DNA of 64,000 nt from a virus (Duplodnaviria; Caudoviricetes). The stretch spans positions 1-64,000 of IMG/VR virus record IMGVR_UViG_3300028833_000120; one strand, 5' to 3'. Positions within the stretch are counted from its first letter, which is position 1. Every line of letters begins with the position of its first letter. The position numbers and the translations under genes were made by a program. The notes beneath the pieces were generated by a model. The model worked only from the letters and a program-made list of their open reading frames with translations. It searched no databases and was not told the origin of the DNA. Below are positions 50,287-60,054 of the stretch, in pieces.

Positions 50287-50646
50287 ATGTTGAAAGAAAT
50301 ATATGCAATTCCAAACGGAGAAACTCGATATAAAAAAGACGTGATGGAATTGACAAGTGAATTAGATGTGATAATACAGCAAGTTGACCTTTTACTATTC
50401 ACAAACAAAGGTGATGTGTTGATGATGCCGGAATTTGGTTGCAACCTTGAACAATATCTATTCGAGACATCATTCAACGAATCTGTCATAAAGTCGATAA
50501 TTATGAACCAGATAAATACTTTCATTTACCTTAAAGGAACATATACGGTCGATGTAGATGTCAGTTTCATTAAATGGGATTTCAATGTCGCCATGGTGGT
50601 AGATTTAACAATCAACAATAAAAAGGTAGCAAGCTATCTAATTTAA
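50287..50646 (+). CDS. gp25: Baseplate wedge protein (gp25-like)
   Basis: LLFTNKGDVLMMPEFGCNLEQYLFE. Confidence 0.8.
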   Translation: MLKEIYAIPNGETRYKKDVMELTSELDVIIQQVDLLLFTNKGDVLMMPEFGCNLEQYLFETSFNESVIKSIIMNQINTFIYLKGTYTVDVDVSFIKWDFNVAMVVDLTINNKKVASYLI

Positions 50647-50720
50647 AACAAAAAGGGATATTTTTAATAAATATCCCTTTTTGTTTCATAAATATACTAT
50701 ATAATCAATTATAGAATTTT

Positions 50721-52496
50721 ATGTTCTTATCGAAAGCAAGACTTAAAGCGTCAGAACTCATTGAACAAGCAGTTACATTTTTAGTTTCCAAATATGAACA
50801 AGCAGCCCACGTTTTCACACCGGCATCACCATTCGGACAATTGTTGATTGTGATATCAAATATGGCCGAACTTATTTTCACGTACATCACACACTCGGCA
50901 GAAGAGTTGAATATTTCAACTGCACAAAATGTAGAAAGTATTCACGGCCTTGCAAGACTTACCGGACACGATGCTTATCGTGGTGCTTCTGCATATGGTG
51001 TAATGCAGATAAAATTGAATAATTCATCACTTGATTATATTAAAGGAAATTATTTGACAATTAATAATTTCACAAAGTTTTCAATAGCAGAAACAAGTGC
51101 AAATTATTTCATAAATCTTCCTAACGACTATATCCGTATTTCAAAATCTGAAGACAATTTTATAAATATAAACTATATCCAAGGTGATATTGATTCCCAA
51201 ACATTTATTTCAGACGGAACACCTCTCCAAACATTTAACCCAGTTGTAAAAAATATGACTGACAATGATAATGTTACAGTCACAGTAAATGGTAAAGAAT
51301 GGAGAAAAGTTGAGAGTCTATATGACATGCCCGCCGACGATGGATATAATGAAGATTGTGAATGTTTTATGGTCAAGTCATCTGTAAATGTAGGATTGAC
51401 AATTATATTCGGAAACGGACATTTTGGAAAGATTCCAGAAAATGGTTCAAATATAGAAGTCACATATATCAAGACAGTTGGATATGCCGGTAATGCACAT
51501 TCCGACAATCTCACATTTGAATTTACAGACACGGGTATAGACGAGATGGGGAACGAAGTAGATTTGAATGAAGTACTCTTGATAAAAAGTGTGACACCAC
51601 CGACGATGGGTTGTGACTATGAAGACCCAGAATTTACAAAACTTATTGCTCCAAAGACAAGTAAGTCATTCGTTCTAGCAACACCAGAAAACTATGTCAG
51701 TTTTCTTTCAAAATATAATCAATTCTCATTCATAGATGCTTATAACACAAAGGATGATGGAAACCTTGAAGATGATAATATTGTTTATTTGAGACTTATT
51801 CCCAACATTAAAAAGAAACTATCTTCAACAGAAGACTATTTTCAACTTCCGGAAAAGGAATACTTCTTAACGGATGATGAAAAATCAGCGGTTATACAAG
51901 CAATCGAAGACTCAGGTCAAATGTTGATTTCATCTGAGGTTTATATCGTAGACCCGGTTATTAAAAGATTTGCAATCAATGTAATTATCAGATATTTCGA
52001 AAATGCAAACAAAACTGCAATAAGAACCGACATCAGAAACATTTTCGGAAAGTATTTCTTGAATATAAACAGAAGAGACATCATACCTTTGTCGGATTTG
52101 ATTTCTATTGTAGAAGGTGTTGAAGGAGTCGATACATGTGATGTTTTCTTCACAACAGAGGAAAACGAGAATGCCATCAAATACGGATACTACACAACAA
52201 CCAAGCAAAGATGGAATAACTACACACTAAGATACGAAAGTGTCGATACAAGAATATATGTGAATACAGGTGAAGACCCACAGGTAGGATTCGACAGTTT
52301 CGGAAACATAATAGTACCAGAAAACTGCATCTACATACCAAAAGGTGGTTGGAGAGACAGAAACGGTAACTACTACACCGAAACACCGGAAACCGGAAAA
52401 CTTGGTCCGTTGAACATATTCTTCACAGATGAAGTTGATGACACCATATATAATCAGACAATGCAAAAAAGATTTGCAAAATTATTGAACAAGTAA
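50721..52496 (+). CDS. gp6: Baseplate wedge protein (gp6-like)
   Basis: TAQNVESIHGLARLTG, IFGNGHFGKIP, YIKTVGYAGN and ATPENY. Confidence 0.8.
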   Translation: MFLSKARLKASELIEQAVTFLVSKYEQAAHVFTPASPFGQLLIVISNMAELIFTYITHSAEELNISTAQNVESIHGLARLTGHDAYRGASAYGVMQIKLNNSSLDYIKGNYLTINNFTKFSIAETSANYFINLPNDYIRISKSEDNFININYIQGDIDSQTFISDGTPLQTFNPVVKNMTDNDNVTVTVNGKEWRKVESLYDMPADDGYNEDCECFMVKSSVNVGLTIIFGNGHFGKIPENGSNIEVTYIKTVGYAGNAHSDNLTFEFTDTGIDEMGNEVDLNEVLLIKSVTPPTMGCDYEDPEFTKLIAPKTSKSFVLATPENYVSFLSKYNQFSFIDAYNTKDDGNLEDDNIVYLRLIPNIKKKLSSTEDYFQLPEKEYFLTDDEKSAVIQAIEDSGQMLISSEVYIVDPVIKRFAINVIIRYFENANKTAIRTDIRNIFGKYFLNINRRDIIPLSDLISIVEGVEGVDTCDVFFTTEENENAIKYGYYTTTKQRWNNYTLRYESVDTRIYVNTGEDPQVGFDSFGNIIVPENCIYIPKGGWRDRNGNYYTETPETGKLGPLNIFFTDEVDDTIYNQTMQKRFAKLLNK

Positions 52497-52497
52497 T

Positions 52498-52782
52498 ATG
52501 GATACAAGTAAGAACACAGATATAAACATTCTGAAATACAAAGGGTTTGATTCTATTTACGACCAAATTAATACAAGTAGATGGAAACTCAAAAACCTTG
52601 GATACAAATATGAAGACACACTCTTTGAGGACAATACGAGTAAGTATCTCCAAAGAAACACAATGATGGTAAGTATGTTTAAACATCTCAACAAAATAAT
52701 GTCACATTTAATTAACAGTGTTAAATATTTGAGAAACTATAACAACTACGCCGTACCAAAAGATTATAAATTTATAAACTAA
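52498..52782 (+). CDS. Small baseplate-region protein
   Basis: Translationally coupled between gp6 and the large baseplate gene. Confidence 0.6.
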   Translation: MDTSKNTDINILKYKGFDSIYDQINTSRWKLKNLGYKYEDTLFEDNTSKYLQRNTMMVSMFKHLNKIMSHLINSVKYLRNYNNYAVPKDYKFIN

Positions 52783-55619
52783 TGAATATAAAAAATTTAG
52801 TATTTTTCGACAATAGTGGATACAATTTGAACTTTGAGTGGAATAATTCACTAAAATTATGGGAAGGAAATATTTATTTTCCAAAAGTGAGTGTTGGTCT
52901 ATATGCAAATACCAACATATACATCATGGAAAAATTCACTGAAGGGTCTGGTTCAGACATTGAAGAGTATTACTATTTTCCACAAAAAGATGAGTCCGGC
53001 AACACTCTGACATTTTCGTGGGATATACTGAATACGTTTGTCGATGAATTTTTTATGTTCGATTTCGACACGACATACTATGCCTTACACGACTATGAAA
53101 CTTCGGCTTTAGAATATACACCAAACAACGGTCCGGAACTCGAGACATTGATTGTAAAAACATTTGACAAGTATGAAGTGGAGTTAGACGACAATCTTTC
53201 AACAAAGGCTCTACCTTTACATATTGCATTCTCATCGCCAGCCAAATTTGATGCAACAACATTCAAAAGAACATTGGATATTTCTTATGGTTCAAGAAAA
53301 ATTGCAAGAATAACATTTTTTGCTGAAACCGTAGAGGAAGACGAGCGTCTTAAAGTACTAAACAAAAACTTAGGGTACAATATCAAACCGGAAGATACAA
53401 TAATCTTTAAAGATGCAGATATCAAAGAAATTTATCCAGACTATAAGTTATTGAATGAAAAAAGAAAAGAACTTATGATAGAGGGTCATAACATTTACCC
53501 GTATATAGGTTCATATAAAGCAATCATAAACGTAATCAAATATTTCGGTTATGAGAACTTGAATATAATAGAATATTGGAGAAACGTTGATTTCCAGAGT
53601 GAAAACTTCGGTAAGATATTTGCAACGTCAAAATACAAACTCACGAACAAAGAAACTATAAACGTGAGTGGTAAAATTATACCCATACCAAACAAAAATT
53701 ACAGGAAACTCAACAATATATCGCTTGTTTACACTATAAACCATCCGACAAAAGAGTTCGACCATCTTGAACTTCCACTTGTTAAAGAAGATTTCGACTT
53801 TACTATGGAAGAGGTGTTAATTAAACTTTTCGCCCTCCGTAGAAAATTGAATGCCGAATTTATGCCATCATCATCAAGAATCGTCAACATTATCGGAGAA
53901 GGTTATTATTTTGGACTGGAAGATGTTATAAACAATGCCGTTACACCGGATGATGAGAAAACGTTTGAAAAGAAAAGACTGCATCATCCAAGTATATCTA
54001 TTTTCCCAAGCACTAAAATATTCACACCAAAAACCAAAGAGGTTGATTTTGTAGATTCTTATTCTTATGTTGAAGACTTGACTGAGAACTTACCGGATGG
54101 GTTTGAATTTCACACATGTACAACACATATAACGGACAACAGACAATTCAGACAATATGCAATAGAACAATACTATGATGTTGAAATAGAACCAAATTTC
54201 TATAAAATAAATTTGGAAACTCCAATATCAAATGTAAGTGATGTCCCAATCGAATTGGCAGAAGAAGAATATCTAGGTGGAGATTCTGATTTAGACGTAT
54301 TGAATAATATATATTCATTTGAAAAAATACCTCTCGTCAATGACATATCGGACGATGAAAGTGATAGTGGATACTACAAGAAAGGACTCACAGACTATTA
54401 TGAAGAATACTACAACAAAGTAATGTCTGGAGAACTTCCAGAGATAGAGTTTGAACCAAATTTTCACAAGGATGAAATGGATATAAAACCATCGGCAAAA
54501 GTCATCCTCGAAAACACATCATTCGATACGGTTAAATTCAGACAAATTTTGGACACATTCGGTGACTCTGATTTAAACGGAATGACATTCGGAAACATAG
54601 ACACCACATATTATGGGTTTGAAGAAATAAGATGGGTTGTAAAAACATCCGAAAACCAAGATGACGAGGATTTGAAAAAGATTGGTGAGGATTCCACATT
54701 TGAAGCACGTGATTTCACATACGACACCGATTTTCAAAGTATATATGATTTCAGAAAGATACTAGTTGAACTTCCATTTGTTGGATATTATGATGTAGAA
54801 ATGACATTCAAAAATGATGATGGGACTGTAAAATATACTTTCGAGAAAGCTATAAAGGTCGAACCATACAATCTTGACATACGTGGTTTTTACTATGATG
54901 CAAGAAGTCTTCCGGAAGATTTACAATATGATTTTAAATCTTATGACATAGAAGTGGTTGATGGTAGTGACAGTGATACTACAAACGACTATATCGACTT
55001 CATCCATAGAAGACTAACCGACATGTCGAACTTTGCACTCAATGAAAGACTTTATGAGACAGACAGAGATAAATCGATGCCATTGTATGGTATAGATGAC
55101 GATGGTTTAAGATACACCATCAATTCTGGACCATATGGGGGTAGTTATATAAATGAAAGTTGGTATCTACTAGACAATCTAAATTATGATATAACTTCAC
55201 TTAATCCTGAATTAAATATTGAAAGTGCTAGATATATTAAAAATGCAGTGGATGTAAAACCATACACATGGTTCCTGTTAGGGTTTGATGAGTCAAAGAT
55301 AACAAGTGTTGTCAATCCAAAATGGAAACTTACAAATCTCACAAGGGGAGAATCCGTTGAACATGAAGGAAGATACTTTACACTTCTTTTGAAAAAGGAA
55401 GGTGACTATATGATTGAACTCTCATTGGAAGATACTAACGGTAATAAATATAGTACAAAGAGAAATATCATCATAGTCGATAAAGATGCAAACTATAAGT
55501 TATACAAGTTATTCAAAGAAGACTACGATGCATCCGTAAAAGAAAACGAACAAAGAGATGCAATGTTTTATCAGAATCTTGCACGACTGAGTACATCAAT
55601 GACAATAGACAATGAATAA
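52782..55619 (+). CDS. Large baseplate protein (gp7-like) with PKD/Ig-like segments
   Basis: GSYKAIINVIKYFGY..L.I.EYW; G.YDVEM and GDYMIELSLED Ig-like motifs. Confidence 0.6.
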   Translation: MNIKNLVFFDNSGYNLNFEWNNSLKLWEGNIYFPKVSVGLYANTNIYIMEKFTEGSGSDIEEYYYFPQKDESGNTLTFSWDILNTFVDEFFMFDFDTTYYALHDYETSALEYTPNNGPELETLIVKTFDKYEVELDDNLSTKALPLHIAFSSPAKFDATTFKRTLDISYGSRKIARITFFAETVEEDERLKVLNKNLGYNIKPEDTIIFKDADIKEIYPDYKLLNEKRKELMIEGHNIYPYIGSYKAIINVIKYFGYENLNIIEYWRNVDFQSENFGKIFATSKYKLTNKETINVSGKIIPIPNKNYRKLNNISLVYTINHPTKEFDHLELPLVKEDFDFTMEEVLIKLFALRRKLNAEFMPSSSRIVNIIGEGYYFGLEDVINNAVTPDDEKTFEKKRLHHPSISIFPSTKIFTPKTKEVDFVDSYSYVEDLTENLPDGFEFHTCTTHITDNRQFRQYAIEQYYDVEIEPNFYKINLETPISNVSDVPIELAEEEYLGGDSDLDVLNNIYSFEKIPLVNDISDDESDSGYYKKGLTDYYEEYYNKVMSGELPEIEFEPNFHKDEMDIKPSAKVILENTSFDTVKFRQILDTFGDSDLNGMTFGNIDTTYYGFEEIRWVVKTSENQDDEDLKKIGEDSTFEARDFTYDTDFQSIYDFRKILVELPFVGYYDVEMTFKNDDGTVKYTFEKAIKVEPYNLDIRGFYYDARSLPEDLQYDFKSYDIEVVDGSDSDTTNDYIDFIHRRLTDMSNFALNERLYETDRDKSMPLYGIDDDGLRYTINSGPYGGSYINESWYLLDNLNYDITSLNPELNIESARYIKNAVDVKPYTWFLLGFDESKITSVVNPKWKLTNLTRGESVEHEGRYFTLLLKKEGDYMIELSLEDTNGNKYSTKRNIIIVDKDANYKLYKLFKEDYDASVKENEQRDAMFYQNLARLSTSMTIDNE

Positions 55620-56274
55620 AATAAACAAAATAAAAAAAAATATGGAAGATATTATTTTTAATAAAAGAGACGATGAAACACCAGTTTTAGTAACAGAACC
55701 TGAGACAACAGAAATAGTTCCATCAGTTGAACCGAATGACATTGTGATTCCAGAATCACCAGAATGTCGTGAAGGTGTACCTTGTGATTGCCCAACTTGT
55801 GACACTCCAACTTGTGATTGCCCAACTTGTGATTGTAACACGGAAAACATCCCAACTGAAAATTTAACCATTGGTGAATTTTTCGGAACACTTATAGAAA
55901 GTATTCCAATTACATGGAAATACCATCTCAAATCAAGGAAACATTCTACACATGTTATTCTTGAAGAATATTATGAAGATGCACAAGAAATAATCGACAG
56001 AATCATTGAGAGTTACCAAGGTAAATTCAATATGGTAATATTTGAATATGGTAACCGTATATTCGACGATGAAAAAGAAGATATACTATATCTGTCAGAA
56101 CTTAGAGATTTTATACAGAATGGTAGAGATATGTTTGATGAAATTGTATCGTCATCTGAAATAATGTCTGAGATTGACACACTTTTAAGTTTGCTTGATT
56201 CAACATTATACAAACTAAAAAATCTCACAGAGTCAAAAAAACCATTCAAAACATTTGAAGAGTTTATAAAATAA
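55612..56274 (+). CDS. Ferritin/Dps-like (DUF5856-like) protein with Cys-rich repeat
   Basis: YHL...H.IL.EYY.....IDRIIESYQG...YKL; CDCPTCDTPTCDCPTCDC; ends KTFEEFIK. Confidence 0.65.
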   Translation: MNKINKIKKNMEDIIFNKRDDETPVLVTEPETTEIVPSVEPNDIVIPESPECREGVPCDCPTCDTPTCDCPTCDCNTENIPTENLTIGEFFGTLIESIPITWKYHLKSRKHSTHVILEEYYEDAQEIIDRIIESYQGKFNMVIFEYGNRIFDDEKEDILYLSELRDFIQNGRDMFDEIVSSSEIMSEIDTLLSLLDSTLYKLKNLTESKKPFKTFEEFIK

Positions 56275-56305
56275 AAAAAAAAAGAATCCCATTGGGATTC
56301 TTTTT

Positions 56306-56872
56306 TTATACTCTTGATGGTTCCATTTCTATGTTTATCTTGTTAGCCGCCCAACTTGTAGTGATAATTTTCTGGTCTATTGTATTGGAACTGAAATCAA
56401 ATTCAAGACCGGAAACACCAGTAAAAAGTAAATCGACAAAACTTATTCTATACAACACTTTATGATTACAGTCAAGTATTTCCATACCGGGTGGTTTTGG
56501 AAGATATTTATCCTTAATTTCGTAATAGTATATAAACAAATCACATAAAATACTCCAGATAATATACGATTGGTCTAATTCAAATGTTATCGTCATCTCT
56601 TTCCTGAATAGATAGTCTGGATATGCATCAGAACGTGAAATTCTTCCGTATGGAGTTCCGGAATCTACTTGAAGAATAGGTTCATAATTCTGTGGATTGA
56701 CTTGAAGTTCAACTGACTTAATTTGAAGATTGATGAAATCTATGACAGTATCACACATAATACCTGGTATCCTTTTCAGAACAGGTCTATATTTCTCTTC
56801 AATCTCATCCGGTACAAAAACCTTTGGAAAATGAAACCTAAAATTATTATTTTTTCCAGATAAAAATGCCAT
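56306..56872 (-). CDS. Tail tube-like / tail completion protein
   Basis: NNFRF...EMTITF.LD....W...F.DL..T.VSGLEF; late promoter at 56894-56901. Confidence 0.5.
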   Translation of the reverse strand: MAFLSGKNNNFRFHFPKVFVPDEIEEKYRPVLKRIPGIMCDTVIDFINLQIKSVELQVNPQNYEPILQVDSGTPYGRISRSDAYPDYLFRKEMTITFELDQSYIIWSILCDLFIYYYEIKDKYLPKPPGMEILDCNHKVLYRISFVDLLFTGVSGLEFDFSSNTIDQKIITTSWAANKINIEMEPSRV

Positions 56873-56963
56873 CTTTAATATCTAATTTTAATATATTTAT
56901 GAGATATAAAAAGGGTGTGGAATATTTCCACACCCTTGAAACAAAACAAGAAAGAGTACTCTT

Positions 56964-58145
56964 TTAATCCGTAATAATCCTAACCGTCTTTTTCACGGTA
57001 TCGACATTCGATACACCGAAATGTACTTCCTTACCAATCTCAACGTTGTTCATATCGACAACCTTTCTTGACAAGAAGAATGTAATATTATTGAAATTTG
57101 GAGCAGACACCACGACACCATTATCAAATGTATTCTTGATGACACCGGTAAGGACATACTTATTATCCTTATCGACAGTTTCCTTCAAATTGTTCCAACC
57201 CTCACTCTTACTGTTTGTCTGGGTTATAGTAATCCTGTCGTTAACAACACTCTCGACATAGAACTTAATCGATTCACCAACTTTGATTTCACCATTCTTG
57301 AATTTATTCTCAGTCTCTTCATTCATCTCACTTACAGACAAAAGTGTAGGAACACATTCGTCGATGAGGATGAATACACCGAAAGGTTTGATGGATGAAA
57401 CAATACCTTCTATAAGGGATGCCTTATCTGCATTTTCAAGATTATAAAGTACATCATCTTTTTTAGTATTCAAGAACTCCTTGTGTGATACGACAATACT
57501 ATCTTTCACTTTAGCAACAGGCATAACATACATTGACTTACCAATCAAAGTGTTATAATCTTCGAGAGGTACAACATCCGATTCACTTCCTGGCATGAAA
57601 CATTTCAAACCACTAACATCGACAATGAATCCATTGAACACTTTGGAAGAATTGAACACAATATCCTTGACAACACCGACATATGCTGAAGTTGGTGTTT
57701 CAATCTGCTTAATTAGTTCAATACGAAGTCTTTCCAACTGAGCACTCTTGGAAGCTGCATCGGCGATAATCTTACCATCCTGTTTGGTTACTACAACTTC
57801 AATAGGTTTACCAATCTCCATCTCATCCTTGATGGAAGATGTGTTCTTTGACGAAAGGTCAATTGTCGTAGAATGTTTTTTGGAAAGTGAAATGTCTGCA
57901 ACATTGTCGTTAAATGAATTTACGACACCTGTACAAATACCCTTGTATGAAGAATTGTCATAAGATGAAATCACCTTAATATCATCTGAGTTAAATGAAG
58001 CATCATACATCTTCATCAAATCCAACACATACGGTTCTTTACAAAGGATTTTTTGATGTCCGTTGATTGGGACAACCACTTTCTTGGATTCAAGTGGATT
58101 TTCCGGATTTATAATTTCAATCGTTTGAGTCTTTATTTTACTCAT
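56964..58145 (-). CDS. rpsA: Ribosomal protein S1-like, multiple S1 domains
   Basis: GFIVDVSGLKCFMPGSE...IVVSH and EGIVSSIKPFGVFI...LLSVSEM match RpsA domains 2 and 3. Confidence 0.8.
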   Translation of the reverse strand: MSKIKTQTIEIINPENPLESKKVVVPINGHQKILCKEPYVLDLMKMYDASFNSDDIKVISSYDNSSYKGICTGVVNSFNDNVADISLSKKHSTTIDLSSKNTSSIKDEMEIGKPIEVVVTKQDGKIIADAASKSAQLERLRIELIKQIETPTSAYVGVVKDIVFNSSKVFNGFIVDVSGLKCFMPGSESDVVPLEDYNTLIGKSMYVMPVAKVKDSIVVSHKEFLNTKKDDVLYNLENADKASLIEGIVSSIKPFGVFILIDECVPTLLSVSEMNEETENKFKNGEIKVGESIKFYVESVVNDRITITQTNSKSEGWNNLKETVDKDNKYVLTGVIKNTFDNGVVVSAPNFNNITFFLSRKVVDMNNVEIGKEVHFGVSNVDTVKKTVRIITD

Positions 58146-58244
58146 CTAAAAAAATTTTATGTGTCTTTCGACACTGGTTAAACACTACAAGTTATTTATG
58201 ATTGGTGTGTTTTGGTTTTAAACACACCAATCACATAATTAAAG

Positions 58245-59027
58245 TTAAGCAGAAACCTCTTCCTTTGTAGTCATTTCTTCTGGAATATCATTCTCACTCT
58301 GAGAAAACTCAGTATCAATATTCTGCAAATACTTTGCATACTCACGAGCAGTCTCATATTCATTCTGAATCTGACGGACGGTTTCACCGATGTTCTTACC
58401 ACAGTTTGCCCAGCAAGAAAGGAACTCCTTGGCGGTATTCCAACCCTTACCCTCAATCTTGTTCAACATGAAATCTTGAAGTGCAAGTACGTTACCTGAA
58501 CGTAACATAATAATACCATCAAAATCCTTTGAACGGACGAAACCACGATTCTCTTCGAGATTCTTTGTAAGTGTCATAAGTGCAGGAGCCGTCTTGGAAG
58601 TCCACACCATAGAATGGTTGCAGAAGTCAAGAAGTTGATTGAACGTCCTACTGTTAACAATATTAATATGATACTCACGAGACACTTGTGCTGTTCTTTC
58701 ATTGTCAAACAACTCGGTTGCTGCATCAAGATATGGTTTCAACTCAGACTGTTTAAAAGACAAAGATGCAATCTCATCCTCAAGTTTCTTCAGTTCAGAA
58801 TCAGCGATTTCAACAACACCTTTCTTTGCTTCAAACTGTTTAGATGTTTCACCATAAAGAGTCTTTATACTCTCAAGGTCTTTAAGATGAACATCGAACT
58901 CACTTTGTTTTGTTTCGAGTTCTCTTCTTTTCTGATTAAGAGTCTCGATTCGATTAGAAACCTCTTCTATTTGTTCCTTAGTAATTTTTTCGACCTCTGT
59001 CGTTTCTGTTTTGATTTCTTCACTCAT
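58245..59027 (-). CDS. Coiled-coil hypothetical protein
   Basis: Heptad E/K-rich N-terminal half; early promoter at 59055. Confidence 0.7.
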   Translation of the reverse strand: MSEEIKTETTEVEKITKEQIEEVSNRIETLNQKRRELETKQSEFDVHLKDLESIKTLYGETSKQFEAKKGVVEIADSELKKLEDEIASLSFKQSELKPYLDAATELFDNERTAQVSREYHINIVNSRTFNQLLDFCNHSMVWTSKTAPALMTLTKNLEENRGFVRSKDFDGIIMLRSGNVLALQDFMLNKIEGKGWNTAKEFLSCWANCGKNIGETVRQIQNEYETAREYAKYLQNIDTEFSQSENDIPEEMTTKEEVSA

Positions 59028-59073
59028 AGTTTAAAATATTAAAAAATTCTATATTAAATATAACAAAAAATTA

Positions 59074-59310
59074 TTACTTTTCTTTTAAAGATTTTACCAA
59101 TTCATCCAAAGTTTTGTATAAATCACCAGGATGATAATCTGCATAACCGCCTAATTTGTAAGTTTCCTCTTCTATAATTCCACCATCAAGAAAAAATCCT
59201 TTCGATTTCTCCTTCGTAAATAATATAGATTCTATTCTCTCTTTTCTAATTTTATTGTCAAAAAGAAAATAAACGATATCACCTAAATTAAAAGTCGTAT
59301 TATATGTCAT
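59074..59310 (-). CDS. Small hypothetical protein (T.(F/Y)..GD family)
   Basis: Similar to 59307..59555. Confidence 0.65.
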   Translation of the reverse strand: MTYNTTFNLGDIVYFLFDNKIRKERIESILFTKEKSKGFFLDGGIIEEETYKLGGYADYHPGDLYKTLDELVKSLKEK

Positions 59311-59555
59311 AATTCTTTAAAAATTTTTTTTATCAAAGAGTTAATAAGTTCATCTTTTGTATCAAACACATCTTTATCATACACCTCTATGTTATACTCA
59401 TAACCACACCTAATACCTATATATTTTACAGAGAGTCTACTAGTAGATTGTAACGTAGCATATACTTCTATTTTTTTAATGAGTATCTCCACTGGCATAT
59501 TATTAACCATACACCAACATTTATCACCAATATCGTATTTTGTACTTATTTCCAT
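59307..59555 (-). CDS. Small hypothetical protein (T.(F/Y)..GD family)
   Basis: TKYDIGD...TKDELINSL, paralleling TFNLGD...TLDELVKSL. Confidence 0.65.
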   Translation of the reverse strand: MEISTKYDIGDKCWCMVNNMPVEILIKKIEVYATLQSTSRLSVKYIGIRCGYEYNIEVYDKDVFDTKDELINSLIKKIFKEL

Positions 59556-59557
59556 GA

Positions 59558-60034
59558 TTAAAACAATGTTTCTTCCTCTTTTTTATTTTTTGTTTCTTTT
59601 TTATTTGTCTTTTTAACTATGACACAATCTTTATTATCAAAAAAATTCTTTTTTATAAGGTCAAGTGTTTTAGTAATAGTTTCTTCGTCAAACATATATG
59701 CTTCCTCCAACTCTCTCATCCCAATCTCGTTTATCTCCATATATTTCTCCAAAACACAATCCTCATATTCACTGAGGATTTTATCCTTCTTTTTCTTTTG
59801 TGAAATTTTCAATTTCAAGAAAGGAGGTAAATCCGTGTATCTTGTTGCAAGCATTGCCACAAGATTAGAAGAAAGTTCTGGGTCGGAATCAAGATTATTT
59901 ACAAGATTACACTGAATCGGATATTGGGCAGAAAACAGTCTCTTTAACATAAACGAGTGCTTTCTTTTGTCTACACTCGACACTGCACCGGAATTTCTGT
60001 GACAGAAACAATTTAATACTTCGAATAGTTCCAT
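59558..60034 (-). CDS. Possible clamp-loader small subunit (gp62-like)
   Basis: LFEVLN...FMLKR.FS...N..N pattern, size, early promoter and terminal TLF. Confidence 0.4.
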   Translation of the reverse strand: MELFEVLNCFCHRNSGAVSSVDKRKHSFMLKRLFSAQYPIQCNLVNNLDSDPELSSNLVAMLATRYTDLPPFLKLKISQKKKKDKILSEYEDCVLEKYMEINEIGMRELEEAYMFDEETITKTLDLIKKNFFDNKDCVIVKKTNKKETKNKKEEETLF

Positions 60035-60054
60035 ATCTTAAATATAACAAAAAA

